The notes beneath the pieces were generated by a model. The model did no database searches and had not been told where the DNA came from. It was given only the letters and a program-made list of their open reading frames with translations. The position numbers and the translations under genes were made by a program. From assembly GCF_009834535.1 (NCBI RefSeq), contig NC_045703.1, forward strand, positions 8,370,001 through 8,434,000: DNA of 64,000 nt, written 5' to 3'. This DNA comes from Camelus ferus (taxonomy: Eukaryota). The stretch's first letter is position 1. Each line of letters opens with the position of its first letter. Below are positions 36,963 to 47,913 of the stretch, piece by piece.

Positions 36963-37795
36963 TGTAACTATAAGCGATATAATTAATAATTTCATACACT
37001 TTCATTTTATGGCAACATTAATAGCAACTCAGCAGTTATTTTGAATTTCATGTAGAAAGTTTCCTTGTTCAGATGTACAAATTGTAATATTAAGTATAGA
37101 GGGAGACCAACTAAATTTACATGTAGTAAATTTATTTCACAGCTCATTATAAAAAATAGTGGCTGTGTTTAAAGATAACGAATCCATAGTCTGAATTACT
37201 TAACCATTTAAAATTACTATTTGGTATCATTTGGTAATATTTGGTATCAGTTATATAATAATTTTAGAAGGTCAGTGTTGAATTGGGAGCACCATTTTAA
37301 GATTACAATAGCTATTCAAGGTATATGAATAGAACCATTAGGTTTGGAGTAATTAATTACTGTGAAGTAACTTTTAGAGAATTTAGGCATCTTGCTGTTA
37401 AAAGGGTATAAGGAACTATTTTCTTGGGTTCTTTGTATTTACACAGAAAATAATGTCTTTTTTATCCTATGCTAATATTCACTCATAGTTCTTCATCCGC
37501 TTTTTTGTAATACTTTGTTTTTTCACATTATATTGAATTTATTGTTGAGAACAGGCACCCTACCTCCAGAAGAAGGTAAGAGGGAACTGTTAGTTTACGC
37601 TCATTTCAATGTTTCAGTGGTTCAAAGTTAGAGGGTTTTTGTTTTTTTCCATTTTCTGAATTTGCAGGAATGGTCTGAAAGTTGAGGTTGCCAGGTATCT
37701 TGCCCTAGATGAAGGCATTCTGTGTGTGTTTATTTTTATTCTTCTTAAGCAGCTAATATTATTAACTTACTTATTTATGAACTTGGCTCTTTTCC

Positions 37796-37796
37796 T

Positions 37797-37847
<51 letters not shown>

Positions 37848-37927
37848 TTTTAGTGGAGGTACTGAGGACTGAACCCAGGACCTTGTGCGCGCTAAGCATG
37901 TGCTATACCACTGAGCTATACCCTCCC
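37796..37927 (-). mobile_element. tRNA-Ala-derived SINE with an expanded (TTTA)n tail (about 14 units, 37796-37851)
   Basis: Reverse-strand SINE head plus a tetranucleotide microsatellite tail. Confidence 0.88.
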
Positions 37928-37956
37928 TTCTAGGTTGTTTGGTTGTTGTTGTTGTC

Positions 37957-38100
37957 TTTTCTTTTTTTCTTTTTTTTCAGTTTTGTCTCTGGGTTTTCTT
38001 TAATGGAGATACTAGGGACTGAACCCAGGAACTTGGGAGTGAACCTAGGACCTCGTGCATGCTAAGCATACACTCTACCACTGAGCTATACCCTCCCTCC
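37957..38100 (-). mobile_element. tRNA-Ala-derived SINE with an internal 20-bp duplication
   Basis: Reverse-strand head; the gaaccYagga segment occurs twice. Confidence 0.82.
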
Positions 38101-38267
38101 TATTTTAAATCACAGTAAGTCCATGACAACCTTAAAGGTAACAAAATGTAGTCTCAGCTGCTTCTAGACCTCAGCCTCCCCAAGTGGAGAAAGATGGTAA
38201 CACATCAAACAAGAGCCCAGAACCAGGAGTTCTGGAGAAGCCTAGGTATTAGAAAGTGGAAGGTTCA

Positions 38268-38335
38268 CTTTGCTGTACACCTGAAACTAACATTGTAAAT
38301 CAGCTACAATTCAATAAAAAATAAAATTTAATAAA
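38268..38335 (+). mobile_element. 68-bp L1 3' stub with a 15-bp TSD
   Basis: tgctgtacacctgaaactaacattgtaaatcagct plus A-tail; TSD aaagtggaaggttca at 38253-38267 and 38336-38350. Confidence 0.85.
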
Positions 38336-38622
38336 AAAGTGGAAGGTTCAGCTGTGGTAGAACATCTAAGTGAAATGGGTGAGTGTCTTTAGGAAACATA
38401 CAAGCAGAAACTTCACTGATGCCGTAAACATAGGTAGAACTGACATCCACCTGGGAACCGATTTCTCTCCCAACTGGACTCCAGGAAACATAGAAGCAAA
38501 CTTGTAATCAGCCTGTAAGAGTGCATGGTCATCTATCAAAGTGCTATTTATTAACTTACGCTGGTACTTGAGTTTCTTGCCCTTATTTTACAATCTTTCC
38601 TCTTTATTTAAAATATATCGTA

Positions 38623-38788
38623 GGGGGGCGGGTATAGCTCAGTGGTAGAATACATGCTTAGTATGCATGAGGTCCTGTGGTCAGTTCCCAGTACCTCCAT
38701 TAAAAAAGGAAGAATAAATTAACCTAATAACCTCCTCCCAAAATAAAATAAAATAAATTTTTAAAAAGTCTTTTAAATAAAAAAAAAA
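38623..38788 (+). mobile_element. tRNA-Ala-derived SINE (Vic-1-like)
   Basis: ggtatagctcagtggtagaa head with an A-rich tail. Confidence 0.85.
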
Positions 38789-40768
38789 CTGTATCATGTA
38801 TTACTGTGTGACTTGCTACATTACATTTGCCACACAGGGACATGTTTAGAAGCTATCCATTTTGGATCAATGAAGAAAACCCCTAGAAACACAAATAAAT
38901 TCCATTATCTTCTTTATTAATTTATGAAGAAATCTCTGGAACATAAGATATTATTTATTGGCTTATGTAATTTATTAATAATACTCTACTAAAAGTTTGC
39001 CTCCTTGCATTTTAAACACTAAATAAAAATGAATATTGTTTGAAATGACATTTAGACACTGCTTCTAGGTGATAAAAGGGATTATATATGGCATCTATCA
39101 GTATGGAATATAAATATATCCAGAATTCAGAATACTAATACCACTGTAGTCAGTCCTAAAACTCCCATTTTGGCTGTTATCCAGGTGATCCCTCAGGGAA
39201 AGAAGAAGAAATCCATTGTTTTTAGTAAATATTTATTGAATTCGCCCTTTATTCATTCACTGTCCTATCTCATGATAAAAATACAAAATTTTAGGTGAAT
39301 AAAATGTGAGAACCACCCACAGAAAGTAAATTCTATTTAGATGAGTTGGAAATGACATTAAGTTGGATTAACAAGCCAAGACTTTTGTTAGAAACATTTG
39401 TTGACTTTCCTACCAGGAATCAACTGATGCCTACTTACATATGCCAAGGCACACCATGCACAATTACTTTTCCTCTGTCAATTTCATGAAAAAGCAATAT
39501 TCTGTTACATTTTGTGTGGAGTTTTCTGGGTAGAATGTGTCTAATTATTATGATCCTTTTAGAAATCAACAAAATCAGAAAGCAAAATATGAGATGTTAT
39601 CCACAGTTCTCCACTATTGTTTAAAACTCTCACGGACGGTCTGATACCAAAGAGAAAATGTCTCAGTGTATAGATAGCCACAGAACCAGATTTATGGCAG
39701 GATATCTGCTACTTTCATACAGCAAGTCAAGTACTTTATTTTCTCTGAATCACACAGAGCAAGTCAAACCTAGTTTTAGGGAATTCTTCATAATTTTTTC
39801 CTAGTTTTAATAAAGTCTTATGCATCTCACTAAATTGTGAACCTCATCACCAGTGTGGTATCTGTCTATTGACCAAAATCACTGCCCTCAAATTAAGTGC
39901 ATCCCCATCCGGGAAATTATGCAAATTAAGGGGACATACATCAATATCATCCTAAAGAAATGTCTTTAATAACTCATATTTATATATCCCAAGATTTTCT
40001 CTTTAATTTCTTCTGACTTGAATATTTCCTTACTTCGTATTAGTTAAGTAAAAGGATCTGGATTAGGGCCCCAAAAAGAAGCCTTTACTACTTGGTTTTA
40101 CTCACTTTCTGACTAGAGTCCGATGAGAAATGTAGATTTGAACTGTACAATGTCACAGAAATTTTACTCATTTATACAACAGCCAAAGGATGTTGACTTA
40201 AAACGAATACTGAATCTTTCTAAAGCATTTTCTTTTTTTAAAACATACATACATGTTCTGGGTATAATCAGCGGTGAGCACATCACGAAAGCATTAAAAG
40301 GTAAGCCATGCCACATGCACTTTGAAACCCTGCCATGCACCTGTCTCAGTATATTCCATGGAAGGCTACGTTATTTTCAGAAACAGAGGAAGGAAAAATC
40401 AGAGACATACAATAGAAAACGTCGGAAAATGGAATTTTTATTTAAAAAAAATTCACCATATCCTTTCAAAATGACCTTCAGATTTTCACTTATGCCCGGA
40501 GCATTGTGAAATGCTGATTTTAACGTCGCTAGCCATGCTGCTGAGGACGAACCTGACTAAATTAAGTGGGGGTGTTCGTGAGTAGTCACCAGTCCGTATT
40601 AATTAAACTTGCTTAATAATTTGGAACACAAGTCACCATGGAATAATATAATACAGACTTCTCTGTGTTATAAATCTCCAGCTGAGTACCCCCAAAGAAG
40701 TCTGGAAATCAGCAGTGAAAGCAAACAGAGCAGCTCAGGGAAGCCGGCCATGCGCTCCCCCCACGCAC

Positions 40769-40840
40769 CTGGAGGGACCACTCCAATGCCATCATCAGCC
40801 TCATAATCTGAGATGTCACTGTCACTGATTCGCTGAGACC
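40769..40840 (-). CDS. RIMS1: RIMS1 exon, 72 nt: SQRISDSDISDYEADDGIGVVPP
   Basis: Acceptor gttgtgcag, donor gtgcgt; phase 1-1. Confidence 0.95.
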
Positions 40841-40989
40841 CTGCACAACAGGAAGGGAAACAGATGCCTCCGTCTGCTCGGTTCAGGAAACATCAAGGAC
40901 ACCGCCAAGTTTTCTTTTTGCTTAAAAAAATGCTAATGACATTATAACTAAGTACTTTTTTCTTTTTCTCACTGGATTACTGGTTGATT

Positions 40990-41505
40990 ACACAGGGTAG
41001 TAAAGGACACGAATGAGCAGCCAGAGGAAGAGACACATGGGGGGCAGCTGAAGGGCCAAAAGCACAGAGACCCTTCTGCCCTGCGGAGGTCGGGGCGCAC
41101 CTCCCACCCCCGCCCCAGGACCTGGATGCATTCTTGTTCACGGACCTGGCAGCTCTCTGGACACCATTTTTAAGCATTTTTATGGAGGCATCATTATGTA
41201 AGCATGATTGACCTAATCACTGGCGACTGGTGGTTAATTCAACCTCCAGCCCTCCTGCCTACCTGGGTAGAGGCAGGATGTGAGGCTGAAAGTTCCAACC
41301 CTCTAATCACAGGCAACCAGCTCCCATCCTTAGGGGCTTCTCAAAAGTCACTGCATTAACAAACTGAGGGGAGTCTGAAGGTGAACCACAAGAGCCACCT
41401 TCTCTCTCTTATCACTTAGGAAATGCCAAGGGTTTTAGGAATTTTGCTAGGAATGGGGATGAAGACCAGACACATATATTTCTACTTATAAATCAGAATA
41501 TTCTA
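40990..41505. mobile_element. ERVL-class LTR (MER21-like)
   Basis: Motifs aaagttccaaccctctaatcac, ggcaaccagc, ttaggaaatgccaagggttttagga and gaagaccaga recalled from the MER21 family; boundaries approximate. Confidence 0.65.
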
Positions 41506-42609
41506 CTATCTACTTATCTATATCAATGAGAGTTCCACTGGTGAAACAGAACCATTAGGAAGTGATATATATCCAGCAAGGTAAGTATGACTGAGTACTT
41601 TGGAACAAGAATAATAAGTTTACACTGAGCTGACTTTAAAGGGATATTTGTTCTCCAAGGATAACATTTTCTCTGTATCCCTGTAGTCACTGAAGACATA
41701 TAGAGAGAAGGGGATTTCGATGAATAGTATTTTGACTTTTCAAACTATTTTCTAAGTGAGGTATTACATGAAAGTCTAGAGCAAAGTGTATATACTGTTT
41801 TCTACCCAAGGAAGCACCCACCTCTGCAGTTCAGGAAGGATGGGGCTGAGTGGTAAGGTTCAAAGAGAACTTTCTTGGCTGGAACTCTCCTGAGCTCATA
41901 TTCCTAAAAGGACGTCAGGGCCCTTTATAAAATATTCATGTTTAGCCTTCCAAATTAGCCATTATACTGCATTAAACATCAATTTTGAGGAAGTGAATGA
42001 TCAGAGAAGCACTAACATGAAATATTTAATTATAGGAGGAAAACCGTGTGGTTCCAGATGCCCAAAATGAGACTTTAATTTGTTCATTTGTTCATTTGTT
42101 CAGTTAGAGATTTAGTCATCATGCAAAAATTAATGAGTAAGTGCAGGAAAAAATACTGTTTTTCCCCATCACCAGATGAGTAACAGCAAACCTACTTCAG
42201 ACTGCTTTTGAAAAAAAAATGTTTCTTATGAATAACAATACAAAAAATATCCAGGAATTATACAGTGATTAAGACCTTACATGTGGCTATCTATCGATAA
42301 TGACAGAAATTATCCTATCAGTCAACCGCTGCACAACTCAATCACTCGTGGGCAAAGAATTGTAATTTTAGAGGTTTTAAACTTTCAGCTCTGGAATTAT
42401 TCCCACTATATTATATACATATACATACATACATATTACTTCCATTGGGTAAATGGGGGAAATGGTGTTGCCAAGTCTCTCTACATAGATGAATAATTTT
42501 TCGATATTTTGATCTCTGATAAACATATGAAAAAGCATCTTGAATGTTAATGTCTAAGTGGATCACTACGACACAGTTACTTCTGGGAACTGAAAGACTT
42601 TTAACCTAC

Positions 42610-42763
42610 TTTGTAGTTTTTTGCTGGCGGTTTCCCCATGAATGTGTCTCCTCGGCAGGAAAGGTGATGGCTGAGGAAGAGGTAGTGAGGACTCATCGTG
42701 TGTCTGAAGCTTGTACCAGTGTGGTTCATCGTCTAAAAGCGCTGTCTCCAGTTCTATGAGGAT
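42610..42763 (-). CDS. RIMS1: RIMS1 exon, 154 nt, C2A end: ILIELETALLDDEPHWYKLQTHDESSLPLPQPSPFLPRRHIHGETASKKLQ(R)
   Basis: Acceptor gccctttcag with a CTAAC branch point, donor gtaggt; follows a 127-nt intron; phase 0 to 1. Confidence 0.97.
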
Positions 42764-42890
42764 CTGAAAGGGCAGTTCTCCGGTTAGACCAAGCACCTTT
42801 CCCACAGCGTAAGACAAAAGCAATCAGAATTAACACACATCACAGAAGCAACATGATGCATCTGACTTGAACCTTCACCATATACATCAC

Positions 42891-43062
42891 CTCGCCAAGA
42901 AATTCACTCTCTTCTTCTTGCACTCTTGGTTGATCCCACACAGTTATTTCTAACATTCGTTCTCTAAAATCTCTACGATGCACATGTGAATAGACAAAAG
43001 TTTGATTCCATTTGGGTTCTAGTACTTTCTTGACTGTTTTGGTTCTCCTTTTACTTTTATCG
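42891..43062 (-). CDS. RIMS1: RIMS1 exon, 172 nt, C2A: DKSKRRTKTVKKVLEPKWNQTFVYSHVHRRDFRERMLEITVWDQPRVQEEESEFLGE
   Basis: Acceptor tatttttcag, donor gtgatg; phase 2 to 0. Confidence 0.97.
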
Positions 43063-43298
43063 CTGAAAAATAAGTAGGTTTTGTAAATGAAAAAGCAAAA
43101 AACAAGTGAACACTGCCATCTACTGTAGTTACATGGAATACTGCTACTGGGTTGTTGACCATTTTTAATTCATCACTTTTAACATAAGAGTCTGAAAGGC
43201 CTTGAAATTAATACGACTCTAGCTTTAACTACCATGCAAGCAGTAGTTATGATTATAGATCTGCATACACAAAGGTACATTCTAAAGATGTAGCTATC

Positions 43299-43438
43299 GG
43301 GGTAGAGTAGAGCTCAGTGGTAGAGCACATGCTTAGCCTGCACGAGGTCCTGGGTTCAATCCCCAGGCTAAATAAATAAATAAATAAACCTAATTACCTC
43401 CCTTCTCAAACAATTTAAAAAATAAAATTTAAAAAAAT
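43299..43438 (+). mobile_element. tRNA-Ala-derived SINE (Vic-1-like) with a 12-bp TSD
   Basis: TSD gatgtagctatc at 43287-43298 and 43439-43450. Confidence 0.92.
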
Positions 43439-43594
43439 GATGTAGCTATCAAAGACTAATAGATGTATGAACAAGGTAATGAAAATTTTAAAATTTGATT
43501 AGTTTAATGAAATACAAGGCTTGAGGGAATATTTTTAGGGCTAATATAGTTTATTCCCTCTAGAGAATTAACTACTATGTTTTAAAACTATATC

Positions 43595-43696
43595 ACAGGT
43601 GTATGCATATGTCCAAACTCATCGGAATGCGCATATTAAGTATGTGAAATGTTTGGTATATCAGCTTTGCCTCAATAAAGCTTTAAAACATAAATG
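43595..43696 (+). mobile_element. L1 3' stub (L1MA/MB-like) with a 10-bp TSD
   Basis: gtccaaactcatc...cctcaataaagct; TSD aaactatatc at 43585-43594 and 43697-43706. Confidence 0.7.
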
Positions 43697-43779
43697 AAAC
43701 TATATCCCTGGAGAGGAAATTCTACTTTTTTCAATTAGTAAAGACTTTTGCATATTTTTTTTCTTAAATGATCCCCTAC

Positions 43780-43910
43780 CTTCTATCTGGAAGAAAATAC
43801 ATTTTTACATAGGGATTCCTGGGACGCCCATCTACCCGCGGCGGTAGATCTGTTGCCTGCAGCACGTTCACAATTAGCTGGTGGCCCACTTTATCATACC
43901 ACAGTTTCAC
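43780..43910 (-). CDS. RIMS1: RIMS1 exon, 131 nt, C2A: VKLWYDKVGHQLIVNVLQATDLPPRVDGRPRNPYVKMYFLPDR(S)
   Basis: Acceptor cgccctcag, donor gtaggg; phase 0 to 2. Confidence 0.97.
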
Positions 43911-45385
43911 CTGAGGGCGACGGAGACGGAAATGATTATCTGTAAACACCACGAGGTATTATCACTTTACCAAAAACATATTAAAATTATTTTTTGGAGA
44001 AGGGCATTTTTAATTGCAATACGGTTGAATTAGAGATATTATTTCTGCAAAGAATACCAACTTGAAAGCATAACCACTTAAAACCTGACTGTTCCTGGCT
44101 TTCAAACGTGACTTACAGATTGGCAGGCCTGCAGTGTTGGTTCATACTTTCTTCTGTCATGTTATGAAATAAAACTAATGATAAAATTCTGTATCAAAAA
44201 ACTAAGGGAAGAGGAGGAGACTGAAATAACTATCCTTGTTTTTAAATGCTCAGTGCAAGTGTTTGGTGATTCTGACTATTTTAACGATGACACCATGACT
44301 AAATGCATGTTGGGGGACCACCTCTAGCTGAGTAAGTCTGGCCTTAGGGACAATATATACAAATAACTGGGAAGAGAGCAGGCAGGACACGGACCCTGAG
44401 CCTCCTTCCCACCAGGGACTGCAGGTTTCTGCTACTTTTTCTCATTTACCTTTTACAGTTAAGCTGTTACAGGTTAATTTTTGTGAGAGGAGTCAAAGAA
44501 CAAAGGAAGGTACAGTGCATAAATGATGCCTTTAAACAAAGTGAAGGCCAAATGACATTTCTACTAGGCTTCATGACAGTCCGAACAAAGAACAACAGGA
44601 AAACCAACACATTGAAATATTCCTGTCAAACCCCTAAGAACCAGAACTTTCTCAGTCAATACAGTTTACTTGTGCTGGTGGTGGACAAGGTTAACTTTTA
44701 ATTTTTTTTTAAAGTTATTAGTTAGTTTTGGGTTTATGGTTAAATAAGAACTCTGAGCATAAATTATTTAGTAGGCATATACTGGAATACATGTGAGTCA
44801 TTATAACAAAATAAGCTAATTTTTCTAAGGGACAGATTAAGAATTCAAACCCGTATCTGTGTCAGTCCATATCTCTGATCCTAATTAATACCAGAAGTAT
44901 GTTTTTCCATAAAACTGAAGTGGATTTTTTGTCCCTCTTAAAATACAGGTGACATGTATGAAAGTTTTACATATATGCTGAAACAAAAAAGATGGCAGGG
45001 ACCAGACCGAGATATTCACCCTACTAAAAAGAGAAGTTAAAACCAAGACAGGTTTTAAAAATAACACCAAGCTTACAGTTTTCTTCTTTGTTTAATTAAA
45101 ACTAAGAGAAAAATGGCAGAAACAGACTATAGAAATCCACACATTACCCAAGTAGCAAAATATCAACTATTTATAGAATAATTTGAACTTAAGTTATTAA
45201 TACAAATGTCCTGTGTTCTACCATAATCTACATAGATGTGGCTTTTCCTAATAATTAGCCACAGTTTCTCTATCCAGATCTCCCCAGATCCCATATTAGG
45301 CCACAGCGAGGAAAACTGTAGGTTTTTCAGACTATTATCAGCAATGAAAAGTATTGTCAAATGTCTTAAGAAGTGAAAAAAAATT

Positions 45386-45485
45386 TATGTATACACATGG
45401 CTGAACTAGTATGCTGTACACCAGAAATTGACACAACATTGTAAACTGACTATACTTCAATTAAAAATATATATATATATATATG
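45386..45485 (+). mobile_element. L1 3' stub with an (AT)n tail
   Basis: atgctgtacaccagaaattgacacaacattgtaaactgactatacttcaattaaaaa, nearly identical to 57521-57577. Confidence 0.85.
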
Positions 45486-45883
45486 TATTTTAAATTTAAG
45501 TTTCTCAAGATCTAGGCTCAGAAGGTTTTTAAGGAAATACAGCATGACTTTTTGAGTTTATTATGTCTAATCGACTCCTTACCTTAGAAACTTTTATATA
45601 GCACAGAAAAAGTAATTGATATTTTATGTACTAATTTTATCATGTATCAATGTTCAGAACATCTGGCACATGGTAGGCACTCAATAAATATTTTCAAATA
45701 AATATATGTATCAAGGAAAAATCTCATCAATGCATATAAATTGATGAAGTAGATTAGGCTATTAAATGACTATGAATCTATCACAGGCTTCAAAGAAAGG
45801 CAACATTTTAAAAAACAGACTCAGAACAGTAAGCAAATCCAAATGGTCTCTAATAGCTACAAAAAAAAAAAAAAATCACATAC

Positions 45884-45996
45884 AGAAAGTTGTCCTGGTA
45901 AGACTTGCGGGGCATCTTTCAGAGCTCCAGGGCTTGTTGGAGAAATAACAGAAATGGAAGGTCTTTCCATCTTCTGAGATTCAAAGGAACTTGAAC
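45884..45996 (-). CDS. RIMS1: RIMS1 exon, 113 nt: SSSFESQKMERPSISVISPTSPGALKDAPQVLPGQLS
   Basis: Acceptor cattttag, donor gtatgt; phase 1 to 0. Confidence 0.96.
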
Positions 45997-47866
45997 CTAA
46001 AATGAGAAAAAAAAATGTAAGTACTTTTCAGTAACATGTTGGTAACATACATGTGGAGAATAAATATTTGTAATGAAATGTTAAATGCGTCTGTTACCTG
46101 TATAAAACAATAATTCAATACCAACGTTAAGAGCAGAACGTACATTCAACCAGATAGGCACAGGAAGTTATTGTATCTTCTTTGATTAACTGCTTATTTT
46201 AAACGTATTTAAAATGATACAAACAAATATTGTATCTACTTGCTTCAATCTTTAAGTCCTGATTTTCTACATTTGTAGAGGGTACTGCACAGTGTAGGCT
46301 CCTGGGTAACTGCACACAGAGTTAAAGGCTTCATGCTTTTAGGAATAATAAAGATGGTACCTGTTATGTTAACTACCTTAGGCCCTACATTATGACATCT
46401 ATTATAGTCTTACAGAAATGAAAGTGAATGCACATAAAATGTAACATATGAGCTGCATCTAAGCTTAGATAGAATTCATCATTGTTTTAGTATAAGACTT
46501 ACGTTTCCGTCGGTTTTGATCTTCCAGGATCAGTGCCCTGAATGCCTGAGAATGCTGTCTACTGATTCACTCGTGGAGGGGGCTGGCTCCCCGCTCAGCC
46601 CCTCTGTGAGGCCCTTCTCCCCTCTTTTGAAATGAAATCCCCTCTCCCCAGATCACTGATAAAGCGTTCACAATCAGCAGCATGGAATGTCTGCAGAATG
46701 CTATCATCACCTCGACACATACAACCTTGAACCCTTATTAGCCTCATTGAGAAAACACTATTTATGAATCATTTCCCAAAGGTGTATCCTTCACCCTGTT
46801 TTTCCCCATACATGCAAATTAAGCTTAAATTAAACCACATAGAATCATTCTGTACTTTCCAAAGACATTTAACTATAAGAAACAGTGCTATGAAAGTCTT
46901 TGCTACCATGTCCCTTTTATGAAGTATTCTTAGGATAATTTGGCTTTTGTGTCTCAGTACAGACACCTCTGCTTCTAACTGTCAGTATGTTTCTAATATC
47001 ACAGCGAAATGTAGCATCAACACTATAAATTATGCAATTGGTTCCGTTTCCCTCTTTATATTGCAAAAACACAAACCCAAATCTCTAGCAGGTATGCAGG
47101 ACCATGTTGCTATGCATTTGCTATACTAACCTAAACTCCACTTCCTTGTTTATCTCACTCATATATTTTCTTTCTTCTTGTAGCCATTACTTGTTTTCCC
47201 TTTAAATCACCTTGTGTGTTGTATTTCTATACTCTGGGTTTCATAATAACACTTGGTCATCAAGCCCAAGTATGAGTGATTTAACACCGATTTGCTGTAA
47301 ATATCTGGGTCATTTCCACATTGTCCTTGAAAACATCCTTACACACACCATCACCTTCTGTCATCTGGGCTCATCTGGAATTGCTTTAATAACGAGGGAG
47401 CTAATTCAACCCTCTAGCCTCAGTCCCTTGACCCCTTTATTTATTTCCGCTGAAATTTACCTGTATCCACCTACTCACTTCCATGATCATATCTGACATG
47501 GTTAGGCTGTATTAAAATTATTTGTTAATGTGCCCATTTCCTCCACTAGACGGCTCATGAGCCTGAGCTAATTTCTGGTCAAACTGAATAATCCAGTATC
47601 ACAATACATTTTATGCATGGCAAATAGAACTATTACTGATATATTAATTTAGCTCTGTTGACATCCGGTTATGATGCAGAAGGGTATTGCCAATAATGAC
47701 TTTTCATAGCCATACACACTCACACACACACACACGGATACATACTCACACACAAGAGTAGAAAGAGGAAAATCTGAAAACAGAACTTCTTTTGGTTTCA
47801 GTGATTGCGATGAGTGTCAACTCATTCATGTCAAATAACTAAAGAAAACAGGCAGCTTATACTCAC

Positions 47867-47913
47867 TGGACTCCAGTGGGGGATGGGAGCTCTCAGGGAT
47901 CCGTGGAATGTCA
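47867..47913 (-). CDS. RIMS1: RIMS1 exon, 47 nt: (G)DIPRIPESSHPPLES(S)
   Basis: Acceptor tttcttttag, donor gtgagt; phase 2 to 1. Confidence 0.95.

Noticed and set aside
42764-42823. In-frame upstream extension VLGLTGELPFQ of the ILIELET exon
   Set aside because: It lies in the 127-nt intron and contains the CTAAC branch point and pyrimidine tract of the canonical acceptor; the upstream AAG follows purines and is poor.
43830-43849. Hairpin ATCTACC-N6-GGTAGAT in the C2A exon
   Set aside because: A 7-bp stem is expected by chance at this window size.
47543-47554. CTCF-like CCACTAGACGGC
   Set aside because: Mismatch at a core position and embedded in L2-like sequence that natively contains ccactaga.
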